NCBI GenBank assembly: GCA_964499935.1
Contig: CAZCMS010000001.1
Coordinates: 674,452 to 738,451 of the forward strand
Origin: an uncultured Candidatus Saccharibacteria bacterium
GTDB lineage: Bacteria > Patescibacteriota > Saccharimonadia > Saccharimonadales > UBA4665
Length of the DNA: 64,000 bases
Reading direction: 5' to 3'
Shown here: one piece after another, positions 44,153 to 55,737 of the stretch
Position numbering within the stretch: position 1 is the first letter of the stretch
Layout of the letters: each line of letters begins with the position of its first letter
Made by a program: the position numbers and the translations under genes
The notes under the pieces: generated by a model
What the model was told of the DNA's origin: nothing
The model's database searches: none
The model's input: the letters and a program-made list of their open reading frames with translations, nothing else

Positions 44153-46357
44153 CTACATCATTTGCTGCAAAATGCGCACTAGGCTTTGCACATCTGGAAC
44201 TTGGTAATGTGCATCTGAATATCCAGGTCCCACTTTTATTGTGAAAGCATTTTCTGGCAATACCTGAAACATATCTTCATCAGTATAATCATCACCAGCA
44301 CACAGTATAAAGTCGGGTTCAAAATCCTTTACTATATCTTCGGCGACAAACCCCTTACTAATTGAGCGCGGTTTAATTTCTATGATTTTTTCTCCGGAAT
44401 ATACTTGCGCATCCGTGCCAGCAAGTACAGTCTGCAAGTCTCGCTTAAGGTTAAGATTTCGCACATACGCAAGTTCCGTCGGCACATTACGATAATGCCA
44501 TACTATCGAAAAATCCTTTTCCTCAATTTCAGCGCCAGCAGTTCTTTCGGCATACTGGAGTAGTAGTTCTAGGATAATTTCTTTGTAGTCTACAAAATTG
44601 GTAGTGACGTTTTTCCATTCCTTATCGTATTTCGTCCACGCCCCGTGCTCGGCGACCAACACCACAGGCATATTTCCAAACCAACTTTCGAGCGCCACGC
44701 GGGATCTGCCACTTACAATGCATACCTTTGTATTATCTTTCTCGGCAATAGCACGAAGCATACGCTTCAATACAATAGACGGCTTAGCTTTCACAGGATC
44801 AGGACTCGATACAAAATCACGAATAGTTCCATCATAGTCCAGAATCAATAAGCGTCTTTTTGCAGCCTTAAATGATTTAGTAATATCGCGGACTGTTTGG
44901 TTATCTATTATTTTTTTATATTGTTTTAATTGGTATTTCTTAATCTCGATCAGTTGTTCGAGAAAATCTTCGGCCCATCGCTGTACCGTATACATGGCAA
45001 TTCGTTGCTGCATACTGGCAAGGCGCTGCCTCTTTTCTTTGGCAGGCATAGATAGAGCTTGCGTAATAGCATCTTTGATCGAACATATGTCATTAGGGTT
45101 TACCTTTATGGCTTCAGGCAATTCGTCTATCGCGCCAGCTAATTCGCTCAAGATTAACACGCCATTATCAGTCTTTGATGCTACATATTCTTTTGCAACC
45201 AGATTCATACCATCTCGTAATGGAGTAACGAGCGCCACATCAGCACTCGCATATAATCCTACGACTTGAGGCAACGGTAAGTTTTTGAATTGATACGAAA
45301 TTGGGCTCCAGTCAACGGTGCCATACTCCCCATTAATTCTGCCTATTGTTTGCTCAATAGTATCTCGCAACTCTTTATATGTCTGCACTTCGGTTCGGGA
45401 GGGTACTGCGACCATAACTAGCACAATATTCTTATGTAGCTTAGGGTTTTCGCGCAGCAATACATCATACGCTTGAAGTCGCTGCATAATACCTTTAGTG
45501 TAATCAAGTCTATCAACAGAAATAATAATTTTTTGCTTTTGATACGTTTCCTTAATTTTTTCTACTTCGTTAGTTACTGCTTTGGTGTGTAGTAATTTCC
45601 TAAATTTCGCGTAATCAATGCCGATAGGGAATGCGTCAGTCAACATTGTTCTGCCTTTGTATTCGAGCATCCCGTAATTACTTTTTACACCCAGCATGCG
45701 CAAACAACTACTCAAAAAATGTCGCGCATAATCGTATATATGGAACCCTAGCAGATCTGCACCTAGCATACCTTCTAATATCTCGCGTCGCTCAGGCAAT
45801 AATCGAAATATTTCGTACGACGGGAAAGGAATATGCAAGAAAAAACCTATCGAAGCACCAGGCAACTGTGCCCGCAACATGCCTGGCAAAATAAGAAAAT
45901 GATAATCGTGCACCCATATTGTTGCTTGAGGGTCTGCGCACTTTACAACCGCTTTTGCAAACAACTCATTTGCACATTTGTACGCCTGCCAATATTCCTC
46001 GTTATGTTTTGCCGATTCCTGAAAGTAGTGGAATAGGGGCCACAGAGTATCATTAGCATATCCTTCATAAAATGACGCTACCAATTCGGCGTTAAGATAT
46101 ACTGGCACACAATTATACTTTTTCAATTTTTTTGAGATTGTGATTTTGTCTGCCGACGTTAATTCCTCTGAAACAATTCCAGGCCAACCAATCCATAGCG
46201 ACTCTTCGGTATTACCCAATGAGGACATCGCCGTCGCCAAGCCACCTGAACTTTCAGAAAATTGCAATGTACCATTTTCTTTTTTCACCGTTACCGGCAG
46301 CCTGTTTGAAACAACGATAAATTTATACTTGCTCACAATATTCCGCCTCTGTATCAT
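44153..46357 (-). CDS. Bifunctional trehalose-6-phosphate synthase / trehalose-phosphatase
   Basis: 734 aa. OtsA-like N-terminus (VVSNRLPV, VHDYHFLILP) fused to an OtsB-like HAD C-terminus (LILDYDGTI, GDDYTDEDMF). Confidence 0.9.
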   Translation of the reverse strand: MIQRRNIVSKYKFIVVSNRLPVTVKKENGTLQFSESSGGLATAMSSLGNTEESLWIGWPGIVSEELTSADKITISKKLKKYNCVPVYLNAELVASFYEGYANDTLWPLFHYFQESAKHNEEYWQAYKCANELFAKAVVKCADPQATIWVHDYHFLILPGMLRAQLPGASIGFFLHIPFPSYEIFRLLPERREILEGMLGADLLGFHIYDYARHFLSSCLRMLGVKSNYGMLEYKGRTMLTDAFPIGIDYAKFRKLLHTKAVTNEVEKIKETYQKQKIIISVDRLDYTKGIMQRLQAYDVLLRENPKLHKNIVLVMVAVPSRTEVQTYKELRDTIEQTIGRINGEYGTVDWSPISYQFKNLPLPQVVGLYASADVALVTPLRDGMNLVAKEYVASKTDNGVLILSELAGAIDELPEAIKVNPNDICSIKDAITQALSMPAKEKRQRLASMQQRIAMYTVQRWAEDFLEQLIEIKKYQLKQYKKIIDNQTVRDITKSFKAAKRRLLILDYDGTIRDFVSSPDPVKAKPSIVLKRMLRAIAEKDNTKVCIVSGRSRVALESWFGNMPVVLVAEHGAWTKYDKEWKNVTTNFVDYKEIILELLLQYAERTAGAEIEEKDFSIVWHYRNVPTELAYVRNLNLKRDLQTVLAGTDAQVYSGEKIIEIKPRSISKGFVAEDIVKDFEPDFILCAGDDYTDEDMFQVLPENAFTIKVGPGYSDAHYQVPDVQSLVRILQQMM

Positions 46358-46466
46358 AGTATGCCTCCTAGAGCATATGTACTGTAAAAAACCTCACATA
46401 CGTAACGCCAGTTGATACTAAGCAAAGAAACCATGTATTATACAAATATTTCATGAGGAGGTATCC

Positions 46467-47162
46467 ATGAGTGGCCAAGAAGGTAGTCAAGAACGAGCAG
46501 CCATTATCGAAGCAATGAGAAAAGAAGCAGAGATTAAGCTTGGTCGATTCGCTCAGCACGAAGCCTACCTTGATGGGCTGCAAGAACACTATGGCTTCAA
46601 TCTGGACGTTGCGCATGCCCTATACGGCGACACGTTGCTTCACCCCGACTACGGAGGGGTAGTAGCCCATCGATGGGGAGAATTACTTGGCGCTATCTCA
46701 GATAATCCTGGGAAGCCTCTCGTTGTTCTTGACAAGCAAGTGGCAGGCATTCAAAATCGCCACACAATTGCAGATTCACGACATGTAAACCCAGATTTTA
46801 GTGACCGCTATTTTGCAATTGGTATACCTAATGTAACTCTTGACGATTTTTTCTATAAGACTACTGAGGAGGCTACTCTTATCGGCCTAAGATACGACCA
46901 GTTACTGCAAGTTGGGACTCCAGCAAAAGACTATCGGAGGCAACTCACTACCCCTGCTGAAGATGAATCTCCAGAGCTTCTAATTCTAGGTTACCGCGGT
47001 CGCCCCGTAGTTAAACCACAGATCGACTTCATGTCTCAGCAGCTTACAGTTGTATATAATCCGAGCGACAAAGAACTTTTGGATCTTGCCACAGATAGTT
47101 CACTATTCAGCATCTTTGATTGGAGGGATGCGCTTAGGACCCCTGGAGCTACAACCAACTAG
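46467..47162 (+). CDS. Hypothetical protein
   Basis: 231-aa ORF behind RBS GAGGAGG. No recognisable family. Confidence 0.5.
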   Translation: MSGQEGSQERAAIIEAMRKEAEIKLGRFAQHEAYLDGLQEHYGFNLDVAHALYGDTLLHPDYGGVVAHRWGELLGAISDNPGKPLVVLDKQVAGIQNRHTIADSRHVNPDFSDRYFAIGIPNVTLDDFFYKTTEEATLIGLRYDQLLQVGTPAKDYRRQLTTPAEDESPELLILGYRGRPVVKPQIDFMSQQLTVVYNPSDKELLDLATDSSLFSIFDWRDALRTPGATTN

Positions 47163-47220
47163 TTGTATTTTTTGACCAAAAACTGAGATAATAGAGTTCT
47201 TACCTGAAAGGCAACTTATA

Positions 47221-48399
47221 ATGCACCCGAAACCTAAAAAGTCCCTTACAAAAACCCAGTCATACAACGCACTTATGAACGACGTACAACGACCATCAAC
47301 AGGGCGCAAACGCTACAATCAACCCGAGCCCGTAGAGCCACAAGTAGAGGAGAAAAAAAAGCGAAAATTTACATGGAAAAAGCTACTCCTCATACTTATT
47401 CTTTTAATTACTATTCCGTTATTAATAATCGGATTTTGGAATCTACGTAACTTCTCGAATGCTACTTCAAAACTTTTTGGCACCAGCAATGCCCTCGGTA
47501 TACTGGCACAAACTCCACCCGACAGTGACAACGGTCGGACAAATATATTACTCGTAGGATACTCGGCAGATGACCCCAACCATGGAGGTGCAACCCTTAC
47601 AGACTCCATTATGATACTGAGTCTCAATAAAGACAAAAAATCAGGCTATATGCTCAGTGTTCCTCGCGATCTCTACGTTACTATCCCCGGAGAAGGGCGA
47701 GCTAAGATTAACGAAGCATATCAAGACGGTGAACGCTCGAGCTTTAATGAGGCAGGGTACACACCCGGCGGTATTGGATTACTGGAAAAAACTATCCATC
47801 AATCACTTGGCGTGGAAATTCATAATTACGCACTGATCGATTACGCAGCAGTGAGGGAAATCGTCGACGCACTAGGCGGAATTACGGTCAATATTCAAAG
47901 TCCAGATGAACGCGGTATTTACGACCCTAATTTTCAACCACAAGAGGGCGGACCTTTGCAGCTTTCAAATGGGCCACAAAAAATTGACGGACAAACAGCA
48001 CTGCGCCTCACCAGAGCACGTGGAGCAACCTATGGCTCATACGGCTTTCCTCAATCCGACTTCAACCGCACCCAAAACCAGCAGCTAGTACTTACTGCGA
48101 TCAAAAGCGAACTGGATTGGAAACTTGTGTTAGATCCACGAACGAACGGAAAAATATTTAGTGCAATCGGCGATAACGTTCAAACTGATGTAAAACTTTC
48201 AGAAGTAATTCCATTGTATAGGATGTTCACAAGCGTACCTTCTGATCAATTACAGTCGATCGGACTTAATAAAATTAACGATCAGGAGTTGCTTCGTGGC
48301 TACAGAACCCCATACGGCCAGTCCGCCTTAGTGCCAATAGCCGGAATTAAGAATTTCGAAGACATCCAGGCAGCAATACAGCAACTCAACCAACAGTAA
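47221..48399 (+). CDS. LytR-CpsA-Psr (LCP) family protein
   Basis: TM anchor followed by NILLVGYSADD...TDSIMILSL...SVPRDLYV, the LCP core pattern. Confidence 0.85.
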   Translation: MHPKPKKSLTKTQSYNALMNDVQRPSTGRKRYNQPEPVEPQVEEKKKRKFTWKKLLLILILLITIPLLIIGFWNLRNFSNATSKLFGTSNALGILAQTPPDSDNGRTNILLVGYSADDPNHGGATLTDSIMILSLNKDKKSGYMLSVPRDLYVTIPGEGRAKINEAYQDGERSSFNEAGYTPGGIGLLEKTIHQSLGVEIHNYALIDYAAVREIVDALGGITVNIQSPDERGIYDPNFQPQEGGPLQLSNGPQKIDGQTALRLTRARGATYGSYGFPQSDFNRTQNQQLVLTAIKSELDWKLVLDPRTNGKIFSAIGDNVQTDVKLSEVIPLYRMFTSVPSDQLQSIGLNKINDQELLRGYRTPYGQSALVPIAGIKNFEDIQAAIQQLNQQ

Positions 48400-48407
48400 C
48401 TCTATAA

Positions 48408-49193
48408 TTAGAAGTCGTATAGTTTTTCATTGTATGACTCAAGCACTAACTTGCCGTCTTGACCAAGGTCGGGCATACCTCTATATACGGTTATACCGCA
48501 GTTAACCGGTTTATAATTCTCATCAAGCTCCAGGAATTCACTTACACCTAACCGCTCAATATTAGCTCTCATGGCAAGAATATTCAGATGATGTGTCATC
48601 ATAAAAACATTTTGGCCAACGTAATCACGTGTCATTGTACCTAAAATTGATCTGTTACGCTCGCGTACATCCGGTACACTTTCGCCTTGTGGGTAACGAT
48701 ACCAATACGGGCCTTCTTGATCACGTAATGCATCTTGTTCTGGGTGAAGAGTACGGAAAATTCTCCAGTCACTGTACAACAAAGCCAAGCCGTGCTCTTG
48801 CTCACGCAGTCTTTCATCTTCCACAACCTTGACCTCGCCAAACTCCGGCCAGCCAATAGCAATGCCTGCGAGCGTTTGGTACACACGATCATACGGAGAT
48901 GCAAGTACAACGTCAGGCAATGCGATACGCTCTTTTAGTCGCGCACCCGTCACTTCAGCTTGCCTTTTACCCAACTCGGTAATTCCTGTTGCATGATCAC
49001 CGTTTCCCAAGACCAAATCGTCACGCTCAAGAAGCCCACGGGCAAGCGCACGGGCAGTTTCGGGATCTACTTTACGTTCTTCAAAAGCTTTTTTAAATTC
49101 AAGATACTGAGGGTCGGCTTCCTTTTTTGCCTTAAGACGGTTATAGCTTGATTCTGCATGTCTGCCAATTGTTATAGTATTCGGCCATTTCAC
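48408..49193 (-). CDS. Histidine phosphatase (phosphoglycerate mutase-like) family protein
   Basis: N-terminal RHAES (RHG-type) motif and a downstream His region (MTHH). Confidence 0.75.
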   Translation of the reverse strand: MKWPNTITIGRHAESSYNRLKAKKEADPQYLEFKKAFEERKVDPETARALARGLLERDDLVLGNGDHATGITELGKRQAEVTGARLKERIALPDVVLASPYDRVYQTLAGIAIGWPEFGEVKVVEDERLREQEHGLALLYSDWRIFRTLHPEQDALRDQEGPYWYRYPQGESVPDVRERNRSILGTMTRDYVGQNVFMMTHHLNILAMRANIERLGVSEFLELDENYKPVNCGITVYRGMPDLGQDGKLVLESYNEKLYDF

Positions 49194-49269
49194 CTCGAAG
49201 TCCTCCAGTTACACCGTCCATTGTAATGCATAAATTGCAATGTTTACAACTTATTTTAAAGTATATATT

Positions 49270-50364
49270 TTATGCTTTTACAGGTTTGGTGGCACTGGTT
49301 TTTGCATCCAGTTTATTAACTTTGAGATATGTTTGAATGGTTGTGACTATAAGAATCATTAACACCGGACCAATAACAATACCCAAGAAACCGAACATAG
49401 CCAAACCTGCAAAGACAGAAACAAGCATCAAGGCCGAATCAAGCCGTGCCTCTTTGGGCACCAAACGCGGGCGAAGAACATTATCAATATTAGTCACCAC
49501 AATTATATGGCCAAGAACAACCAGTAAGCCTCCCCAGATGTTACCAAACAGCATCATAACTATCCCAATCGGAATAGTTATGATTCCGCTGCCAAGCGGT
49601 ATCATCGACAACAAGCTCAGTACAAGAACAAACACGAAAAACGCCTGGTGCATGCCTGCGATATAAATAGTCAAAGCCCCGAACACACCTTGACATATTG
49701 CAATAATAAATTGGCCTCCTACTGTTCCGCGTACCATTGCAGCGGTTTTTTTGATATAAAGTTCCGAAGCCTCTTCGCCAAGTGGATTGAGATTCTTAAA
49801 TAGTGCAACGATTTTCTCGTAGTTAATTAGCAACGATAAGAATACATAGATAAATATTATAGAACTTGTAATCAAGCCAAACACACTAGTCAGTGAACTA
49901 GTCATAAAACTCAATAAGCCACCGCCAATGTTATGCGCAAGATCGGTAAGCCCATTGGTAATGGAGCTCTGTGTAACTTGATAATCGACAAACGGAATTG
50001 CTTCTAAAATGTCATTAATAAAATCTATACCCTGGTCACCAAGCTTGCTTACATCAGTTTGACTTAACGTATCACCAATATAGCCGGCTAAATGAGAAAG
50101 TTGCGCCACACACAGCAATACAATAATCACCACAGGCACCACAACAGCCAACAATGCAATTATTAGAGTCAGTGATGCAGCACTACCGCGTGACATTTTC
50201 TTTAGCAGTCTTTTATACACTGGTGAAAATGTATAGCCAATAACTCCGGCGAGCACAAACATCGTAAAATAATCACGTAAAAAATATGCACCAAATAACA
50301 AAGCAATAATTGTCGCAATACTCAACGCCTTTTTCTGTGACTGAGTAACTGATTTTCCTGTCAT
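49270..50364 (-). CDS. AI-2E family transporter (second copy)
   Basis: 364-aa polytopic membrane protein with an AI-2E-like C-terminal region (NVLRPRLV...SALMLV). Confidence 0.75.
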   Translation of the reverse strand: MTGKSVTQSQKKALSIATIIALLFGAYFLRDYFTMFVLAGVIGYTFSPVYKRLLKKMSRGSAASLTLIIALLAVVVPVVIIVLLCVAQLSHLAGYIGDTLSQTDVSKLGDQGIDFINDILEAIPFVDYQVTQSSITNGLTDLAHNIGGGLLSFMTSSLTSVFGLITSSIIFIYVFLSLLINYEKIVALFKNLNPLGEEASELYIKKTAAMVRGTVGGQFIIAICQGVFGALTIYIAGMHQAFFVFVLVLSLLSMIPLGSGIITIPIGIVMMLFGNIWGGLLVVLGHIIVVTNIDNVLRPRLVPKEARLDSALMLVSVFAGLAMFGFLGIVIGPVLMILIVTTIQTYLKVNKLDAKTSATKPVKA

Positions 50365-50458
50365 TACTGAACTCCTATTATTACTGGTAAGCTTACTGGA
50401 TTGTGTAAAAAAATACTAGTGACTAGCTTTCGTGCACACTCTGTATATAATTAAGCTT

Positions 50459-51238
50459 ATGATAGCAGGAGAGTTTGTTTTACCTGTAACGTATGATCTT
50501 GTCGCTACACTCTTATTTGCGGCAACAGGTGCGTTACTCGCAGTAAAAAGAGGCTACGACACACTTGGCGTGGGTCTTATCGCAATTGTCAGTGGTGCAG
50601 GTGGTGGTATATTGCGTGATGCAATTTTTCTTAACATTCAGCCTGCATTTATTACAAACTGGCGATATATCGTTGCGGTAGTTATAGGACTTGCTCTTGT
50701 GTTGATGGCACGCTCGCTTTTGAACACCAAGCTTGTAGGTGTCCTCATTATCTTAGTTGACGCGGTCGGTATTGGCATGTACGGAGTATTCGGTGCCCAA
50801 AAAGCCCTGGCGTTTGGACTCAGTATTTTTGCAGCAATCATCGTTGGTGTCGTTGCAGCTACTGGCGGTAGTTTGCTTCGTGATACTATTATGAGCCAAG
50901 ACCCTAAGAATCTTCTGCCCGGTCAACTGTACGGCATCCTGGCTGTATTTGGTGTATTACTATTTTTGATACTCCACTTGCACGTTGACATACCTGCTCA
51001 TACAGCTGCATGGGTAGTCATCGCTATAACCTTTATCATCCGCTTACTCGCTATAAAGTTTGATTGGCGCACAAAAGCGGTTATTGAAATGACCGATCCG
51101 AGCGAAATACTTATCAATCAAATGAAGCCAATTCCACAAAGCATACTAGAATCACAGCAAAAAATTATTCGCTATCGTCAAGCCCACGACATAACAGGCA
51201 ATCATCATGACCAAAAAAACACCAAGCACAAGCAGTAG
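50459..51238 (+). CDS. TRIC-type cation channel family protein (UPF0126)
   Basis: Two internal repeats with Gly-rich helices (GAGGGILRD / ATGGSLLRD). ATG 50459 chosen; TATATAAT sits just upstream. Confidence 0.7.
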   Translation: MIAGEFVLPVTYDLVATLLFAATGALLAVKRGYDTLGVGLIAIVSGAGGGILRDAIFLNIQPAFITNWRYIVAVVIGLALVLMARSLLNTKLVGVLIILVDAVGIGMYGVFGAQKALAFGLSIFAAIIVGVVAATGGSLLRDTIMSQDPKNLLPGQLYGILAVFGVLLFLILHLHVDIPAHTAAWVVIAITFIIRLLAIKFDWRTKAVIEMTDPSEILINQMKPIPQSILESQQKIIRYRQAHDITGNHHDQKNTKHKQ

Positions 51239-52031
51239 ACTCGATCGCATAGACACATTTGTGCTTGCAGGAGTCATGACAATCCTCGTTACACGAGCCT
51301 TTTTGGCTGCAACAGGGTATCCGCAAATAGGCGACGATTCATTTCATATTGCACACGTATTATTTGGTGGCGCATTTCTGACAGTTGCATTTCTTATCCT
51401 TTTGCTCGTTGAGACACCTAATAAATTATTCGCAAGCCTACTAGGTGGCGTTGGGTTCGGATTATTTATCGATGAGGTCGGAAAATTTGTTACACAAGAC
51501 AATGATTATTTTTATGAACCTGCAGTGGGCATAATATACGTTTCGTTTCTGTTGATATGGTTTGTGGGCAGATTGCTGATTGTCCGCCACGAGAAAAAAC
51601 CCTTTCTATCTCCAGCTGAGTGGCCAGATAAGCAGTGGATGAGACAACTTATTATTTTATGGTCTATCACGCAGATTATTGCCGGAGTAATTACTCTTGG
51701 ATTTGTACTCACCGAGGGTATTAGTACGGCAAACAACGTACTTCAGATTACACTTCTGGGTATTGCAAGTGGCATCATATATTCTGCTGCGATCGCACGA
51801 GGAATATATCAATACTTCACCAACAAAATTAATGCTGCAGCCCACACCATCCGTGGTGCAACATTATTTTGCATCGTGGCATTGTATCCGTTTTTATATT
51901 TTGAATATCCACTTGAAGCAACTTTTGGATTACTACCAACACTCCTGGTAGTCGTTGGCTTATCAGAGGTTTCGGTAATAAGTATTCTTAAAAAACTTAT
52001 ACTTAAAACCCACAAACAACACATCGACTGA
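51207..52031 (+). CDS. Hypothetical membrane protein
   Basis: 274-aa ORF with about 7 hydrophobic segments. Confidence 0.5.
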   Translation: MTKKTPSTSSRLDRIDTFVLAGVMTILVTRAFLAATGYPQIGDDSFHIAHVLFGGAFLTVAFLILLLVETPNKLFASLLGGVGFGLFIDEVGKFVTQDNDYFYEPAVGIIYVSFLLIWFVGRLLIVRHEKKPFLSPAEWPDKQWMRQLIILWSITQIIAGVITLGFVLTEGISTANNVLQITLLGIASGIIYSAAIARGIYQYFTNKINAAAHTIRGATLFCIVALYPFLYFEYPLEATFGLLPTLLVVVGLSEVSVISILKKLILKTHKQHID

Positions 52032-52062
52032 TATACTGTACATATTATAAGAGGGGGATTTT

Positions 52063-52659
52063 ATGTTTACACTACCAGATCTAGAGTATAACTATGACGC
52101 ACTCGGCAAATATATCAGTAAAGATATTATGGAACTGCATCATAGCAAGCACCATCAAACATACGTTGATAAGCTGAATGCTGCTATCGAAACAACGTCA
52201 GAACTACAAGATAAAACCCTGGTTGAGTTAATCGCGAATCTTGATGCAGTGCCAGAAAATATTCGCACAGCAGTACGCAATCATGGTGGCGGACATTATA
52301 ACCACACCGAATTTTGGAAATACATGTCACCAAACGGTGGTGGCGAACCCACTGGTACACTTGGCGAAGCGCTCAAAGAAAAATACGGCAGCTATCAGGC
52401 ATTCATCGACCAGTTTACTGCAAATGCCTTAGGAGTATTTGGTAGTGGTTGGGTATGGCTGCAGCCCGATCTTGCAATTGTCACGACACCCAATCAAGAC
52501 TCACCAATCATGACAGGCGATCACGCGCCAATTCTTGGGCTTGATGTCTGGGAGCACGCATATTACTTAGACTACACGTACAAACGAGCAGACTACATAC
52601 AAGCTTGGTGGAATACTGTTAACTGGGACTACGTTGCAAGTCGCTTTGAAGGCCAGTAA
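52063..52659 (+). CDS. sodA: Fe/Mn superoxide dismutase
   Basis: [10 protein letters not shown] and [11 protein letters not shown] metal-ligand motifs, 198 aa. Confidence 0.95.
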   Translation: MFTLPDLEYNYDALGKYISKDIMELHHSKHHQTYVDKLNAAIETTSELQDKTLVELIANLDAVPENIRTAVRNHGGGHYNHTEFWKYMSPNGGGEPTGTLGEALKEKYGSYQAFIDQFTANALGVFGSGWVWLQPDLAIVTTPNQDSPIMTGDHAPILGLDVWEHAYYLDYTYKRADYIQAWWNTVNWDYVASRFEGQ

Positions 52660-53570
52660 TGAGCGAACACCCAAAACCTATTATTGTCCTAAAAAACCTC
52701 ACCAAGACATACGGCACTAGTCGTGGTGTATCTAATCTGCAATTAGAAGTTACCCCTGGTTCTGTCTTTGGATTTCTCGGGCCTAATGGCGCTGGCAAAA
52801 GCACGACGATTAATATGCTCCTTAATTTTACCCACCCAACAAGTGGAAGCATCCATATATTTGGCAAAAATAACGATACGCACGGACTTGAAATTCGGAA
52901 AGATGTTGGCTTTTTAGCCAGTGACATGGCGCTCGACGGCAATCTAACTGGCTGGCAACAACTAGAATATCACGGCAAATTGCGTGGTGATTACGATAAA
53001 TCCTATGTGACCGAACTTGCCAAACGCTTGCATTGCGATCTATCCAAAAAAATCAAAACTCTCTCCAGAGGCAACCATCAAAAGGTAGCACTTATTTCTG
53101 CCTTTATGCACAAACCAAAGCTTTTAATTTTAGATGAACCAACAAGCGGACTTGATCCGCTAATTCAAGCAGAGTTTAATAAGATTATTCTTGAACACAA
53201 AGCTGCCGGCAGAACGACGTTTATATCATCTCATGTCTTGAGTGAAGTTCAGGAGCTCTGCGATCGCGTTGCATTTATTCGGGAAGGGAAGATCATTGCC
53301 GACACCACGATGGACGAGCTTGCCAACGCTTCGCCTAAGGAGGTTGAGATTGAGTGCAAAGATAAGACATTGCTTGATCGCTTACAGCGATTGTCAGGCG
53401 TAGATAAGGTTACCAAAGATAAAGATCGCATCACATTTACATACACTGGGACACCTAACGACCTGACGCATCTAATTGGCATGTACGATCTGACAGATCT
53501 TGCTATTCGTGAAGCCGAACTTGAAACGGTATTTATGAAATATTACGAAAACAGTAGCGAGGAACAATAA
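52659..53570 (+). CDS. ABC transporter ATP-binding protein
   Basis: Walker A GPNGAGKST, signature LSRGNHQ, Walker B LLILDEPTSGLD. Confidence 0.9.
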   Translation: MSEHPKPIIVLKNLTKTYGTSRGVSNLQLEVTPGSVFGFLGPNGAGKSTTINMLLNFTHPTSGSIHIFGKNNDTHGLEIRKDVGFLASDMALDGNLTGWQQLEYHGKLRGDYDKSYVTELAKRLHCDLSKKIKTLSRGNHQKVALISAFMHKPKLLILDEPTSGLDPLIQAEFNKIILEHKAAGRTTFISSHVLSEVQELCDRVAFIREGKIIADTTMDELANASPKEVEIECKDKTLLDRLQRLSGVDKVTKDKDRITFTYTGTPNDLTHLIGMYDLTDLAIREAELETVFMKYYENSSEEQ

Positions 53571-54364
53571 TGCTTGGGTCAATTTTCACAAAATCTATTT
53601 TTGAACGTAAAACCTCAACGCTTGTGTGGACTATTGTCTTTGTATTATACGTTGCTCTGATCGTTGGCCTATTTCCCGCACTGAAAGAATCGTTTGGAAA
53701 GGCACTACAAAACGTCCCCGAGTCAATGCAAAGCCTTTTAGGTAATGCCAGCGACTACCAAAATATCAACGGGTATTTGGATATACAAGTAATCGCACAG
53801 ATCGTATTCCTCACCCTTATTTTGGGTATTATGCTCGGCACGAGCATGCTCGCAGGCGACGAAAAATCCGGCACCCTACACACACTACTAGCTCAGCCTG
53901 TCAGTCGCACAAAAGTCTATACTCAGAAATTTATTGCGCTGGCACTGCTGCTGGCAGTAAGTTGCATCATTGGAATCGCAGCTGGAGTTGCATTAGGAGC
54001 ACTTTTAGTTGGCGAATGGAATAATGTTGACCTTGGACGAACAATGCAGGGTATTTTCATGGTATGGCTGCTGACGCTCGCTTTTGCAACGCTTGCGTAT
54101 GTTATCGGCGCTATAACTGGAAGTAGAGGCATTGCGGGTATCGTGGCAGGTTTGTATGCATTTGGCGGATACATGATTACGACTCTTGCGTCATCGGCTA
54201 GCGCACTTAATACACTCAATACCTTTTCACCGTTCCATTATTTTAACCAGCCAAGTGTTATAAAAACAGGCTTAGACGTAGGTAATATTGCAGTATTAAG
54301 CATAGCCACGATAATTATGTTCGTAATCGGACTTATTATCTTTAGACGACGAAATATTTACTAA
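53570..54364 (+). CDS. ABC-2 type transporter permease
   Basis: 264 aa with 6 TM segments, translationally coupled (ATG overlaps the stop) to the ATPase gene. Confidence 0.7.
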   Translation: MLGSIFTKSIFERKTSTLVWTIVFVLYVALIVGLFPALKESFGKALQNVPESMQSLLGNASDYQNINGYLDIQVIAQIVFLTLILGIMLGTSMLAGDEKSGTLHTLLAQPVSRTKVYTQKFIALALLLAVSCIIGIAAGVALGALLVGEWNNVDLGRTMQGIFMVWLLTLAFATLAYVIGAITGSRGIAGIVAGLYAFGGYMITTLASSASALNTLNTFSPFHYFNQPSVIKTGLDVGNIAVLSIATIIMFVIGLIIFRRRNIY

Positions 54365-54379
54365 ACGCTAGCACTCGGT

Positions 54380-54480
54380 AAAGTTTATCTGTGGCATCAA
54401 GGAGAGTTAGGCGGAGTGCAACCAGGCGAGCCTATAAGCGAGCCTGCGTGTAACGCTCTCCTTGGTGCACAGATAAACTT
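54380..54480. repeat. Long imperfect inverted repeat between convergent genes
   Basis: Arms AAGTTTATCTGTGGCATCAAGGAGAG / CTCTCCTTGGTGCACAGATAAACTT around a GC-rich insert of about 50 nt that itself contains CAGGC..GCCTG. Confidence 0.6.
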
Positions 54481-54502
54481 CCTCCATCTAATGTAACGTT
54501 TG

Positions 54503-55447
54503 TTAAATATATTTGCGTTTTTGAGCGTACAAAAAGGCAAATACCCCAGGGATGATCGGCAACCAATACGACACCAGCCTATAGCTCAGTGCAACCGCTA
54601 ACGCAACACTACTGTCAATACCATAAGCAATGAGCACCGCGGTTAATCCTGCTTCGGCACCCACAACACCGCCAGGAGTTGGCGTTACCGTCGCTGCAAA
54701 CACGCCACCCGTCAACACTATCAATGCCGTAGCCATATGCAAGTCAACTTCGAAAGCACGCATAGCCAAAAAGAGTGCAACTGCGTGAAATGTAGTATTC
54801 AACATGGCGCATATAATTGCGCGCATGACCGCTAGTTTGCGTGTGCGATATAAGACGACTGTTCTAGCAACCTGATGGAAGAATGAGCTGATTTTCCCAA
54901 TTGGTTTTGTACGTTGTAATAACACAACGATCACCAATGCAATAGCGCCTACCACAGAAAAATAGAGCAATATCTTTTCAAGGCTCCATACTTCATTAGG
55001 CAGTATGCTGTTCCCAAAAATATTCAATGCAATAAAGCACAAAATTGCGTGTCCGATCAATCCAATGCCCGTATTCATCGCTACCACTCCTGATGCGCGG
55101 GCAAGTGTATGCTTTTGATGATATAAAAAATCAATAAACAGACTAATACCGCCCACACCAGCAGGGACTAATCGATTTATAAACATCCCGGCATATTGCA
55201 CTACAGCAATACGTGTATATGGAATTGAAGTAAATATTAACTGCTTATACGTTAGTGCAGCACACAAGACCGCAGCCATTATTGAGCATAAAGCGAGGAA
55301 AAGTAAGGTAAAATCAGCATCAGCAATAGCATTCAAGCTACCATGAAACGCACTTAGTTGTGGTGCCAGCACATACACAGCCAGTACCAAAACCACCAAT
55401 AATAATATGTTGCGCCAATTTGTTGATACTTTTTGTTTCTGTTTCAT
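54503..55447 (-). CDS. Lysylphosphatidylglycerol-synthase-TM-region-like (UPF0104) membrane protein
   Basis: 314 aa with 8 TM segments and the family-typical NRLVPAGVGG and PTPGGVVGAE motifs. Confidence 0.65.
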   Translation of the reverse strand: MKQKQKVSTNWRNILLLVVLVLAVYVLAPQLSAFHGSLNAIADADFTLLFLALCSIMAAVLCAALTYKQLIFTSIPYTRIAVVQYAGMFINRLVPAGVGGISLFIDFLYHQKHTLARASGVVAMNTGIGLIGHAILCFIALNIFGNSILPNEVWSLEKILLYFSVVGAIALVIVVLLQRTKPIGKISSFFHQVARTVVLYRTRKLAVMRAIICAMLNTTFHAVALFLAMRAFEVDLHMATALIVLTGGVFAATVTPTPGGVVGAEAGLTAVLIAYGIDSSVALAVALSYRLVSYWLPIIPGVFAFLYAQKRKYI

Positions 55448-55593
55448 GGAGTTAGTTAGGTTGTTGCTATTGATTATACATTCTTCTTACCATAATTAAT
55501 CATAAATTGACTAATATATAAATTAATACTATGATAAAATACCCTGTTGAATCTACATTCCAGTGGTGTACCTTGACAATCAGACAGTTATAG

Positions 55594-55653
55594 ACACGAG
55601 ATAAGATAGTGCTTCTTTAATTATTTTTTAAACAGCGCTACCTTATCTTGTGT
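55594..55653. repeat. Long inverted repeat (cassette C 5' hairpin)
   Basis: ACACGAGATAAG...CTTATCTTGTGT arms (one G-T pair) with partially paired extension. Related in sequence to 62157-62212. Confidence 0.7.
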
Positions 55654-55737
55654 CCTATGTGCAAAGAAAACATAGAACCGAAGTGTGCCCTAAGGGCATA
55701 CAACTGGCAAATAGTCAGAGATTAGGGGAAAGATAGT

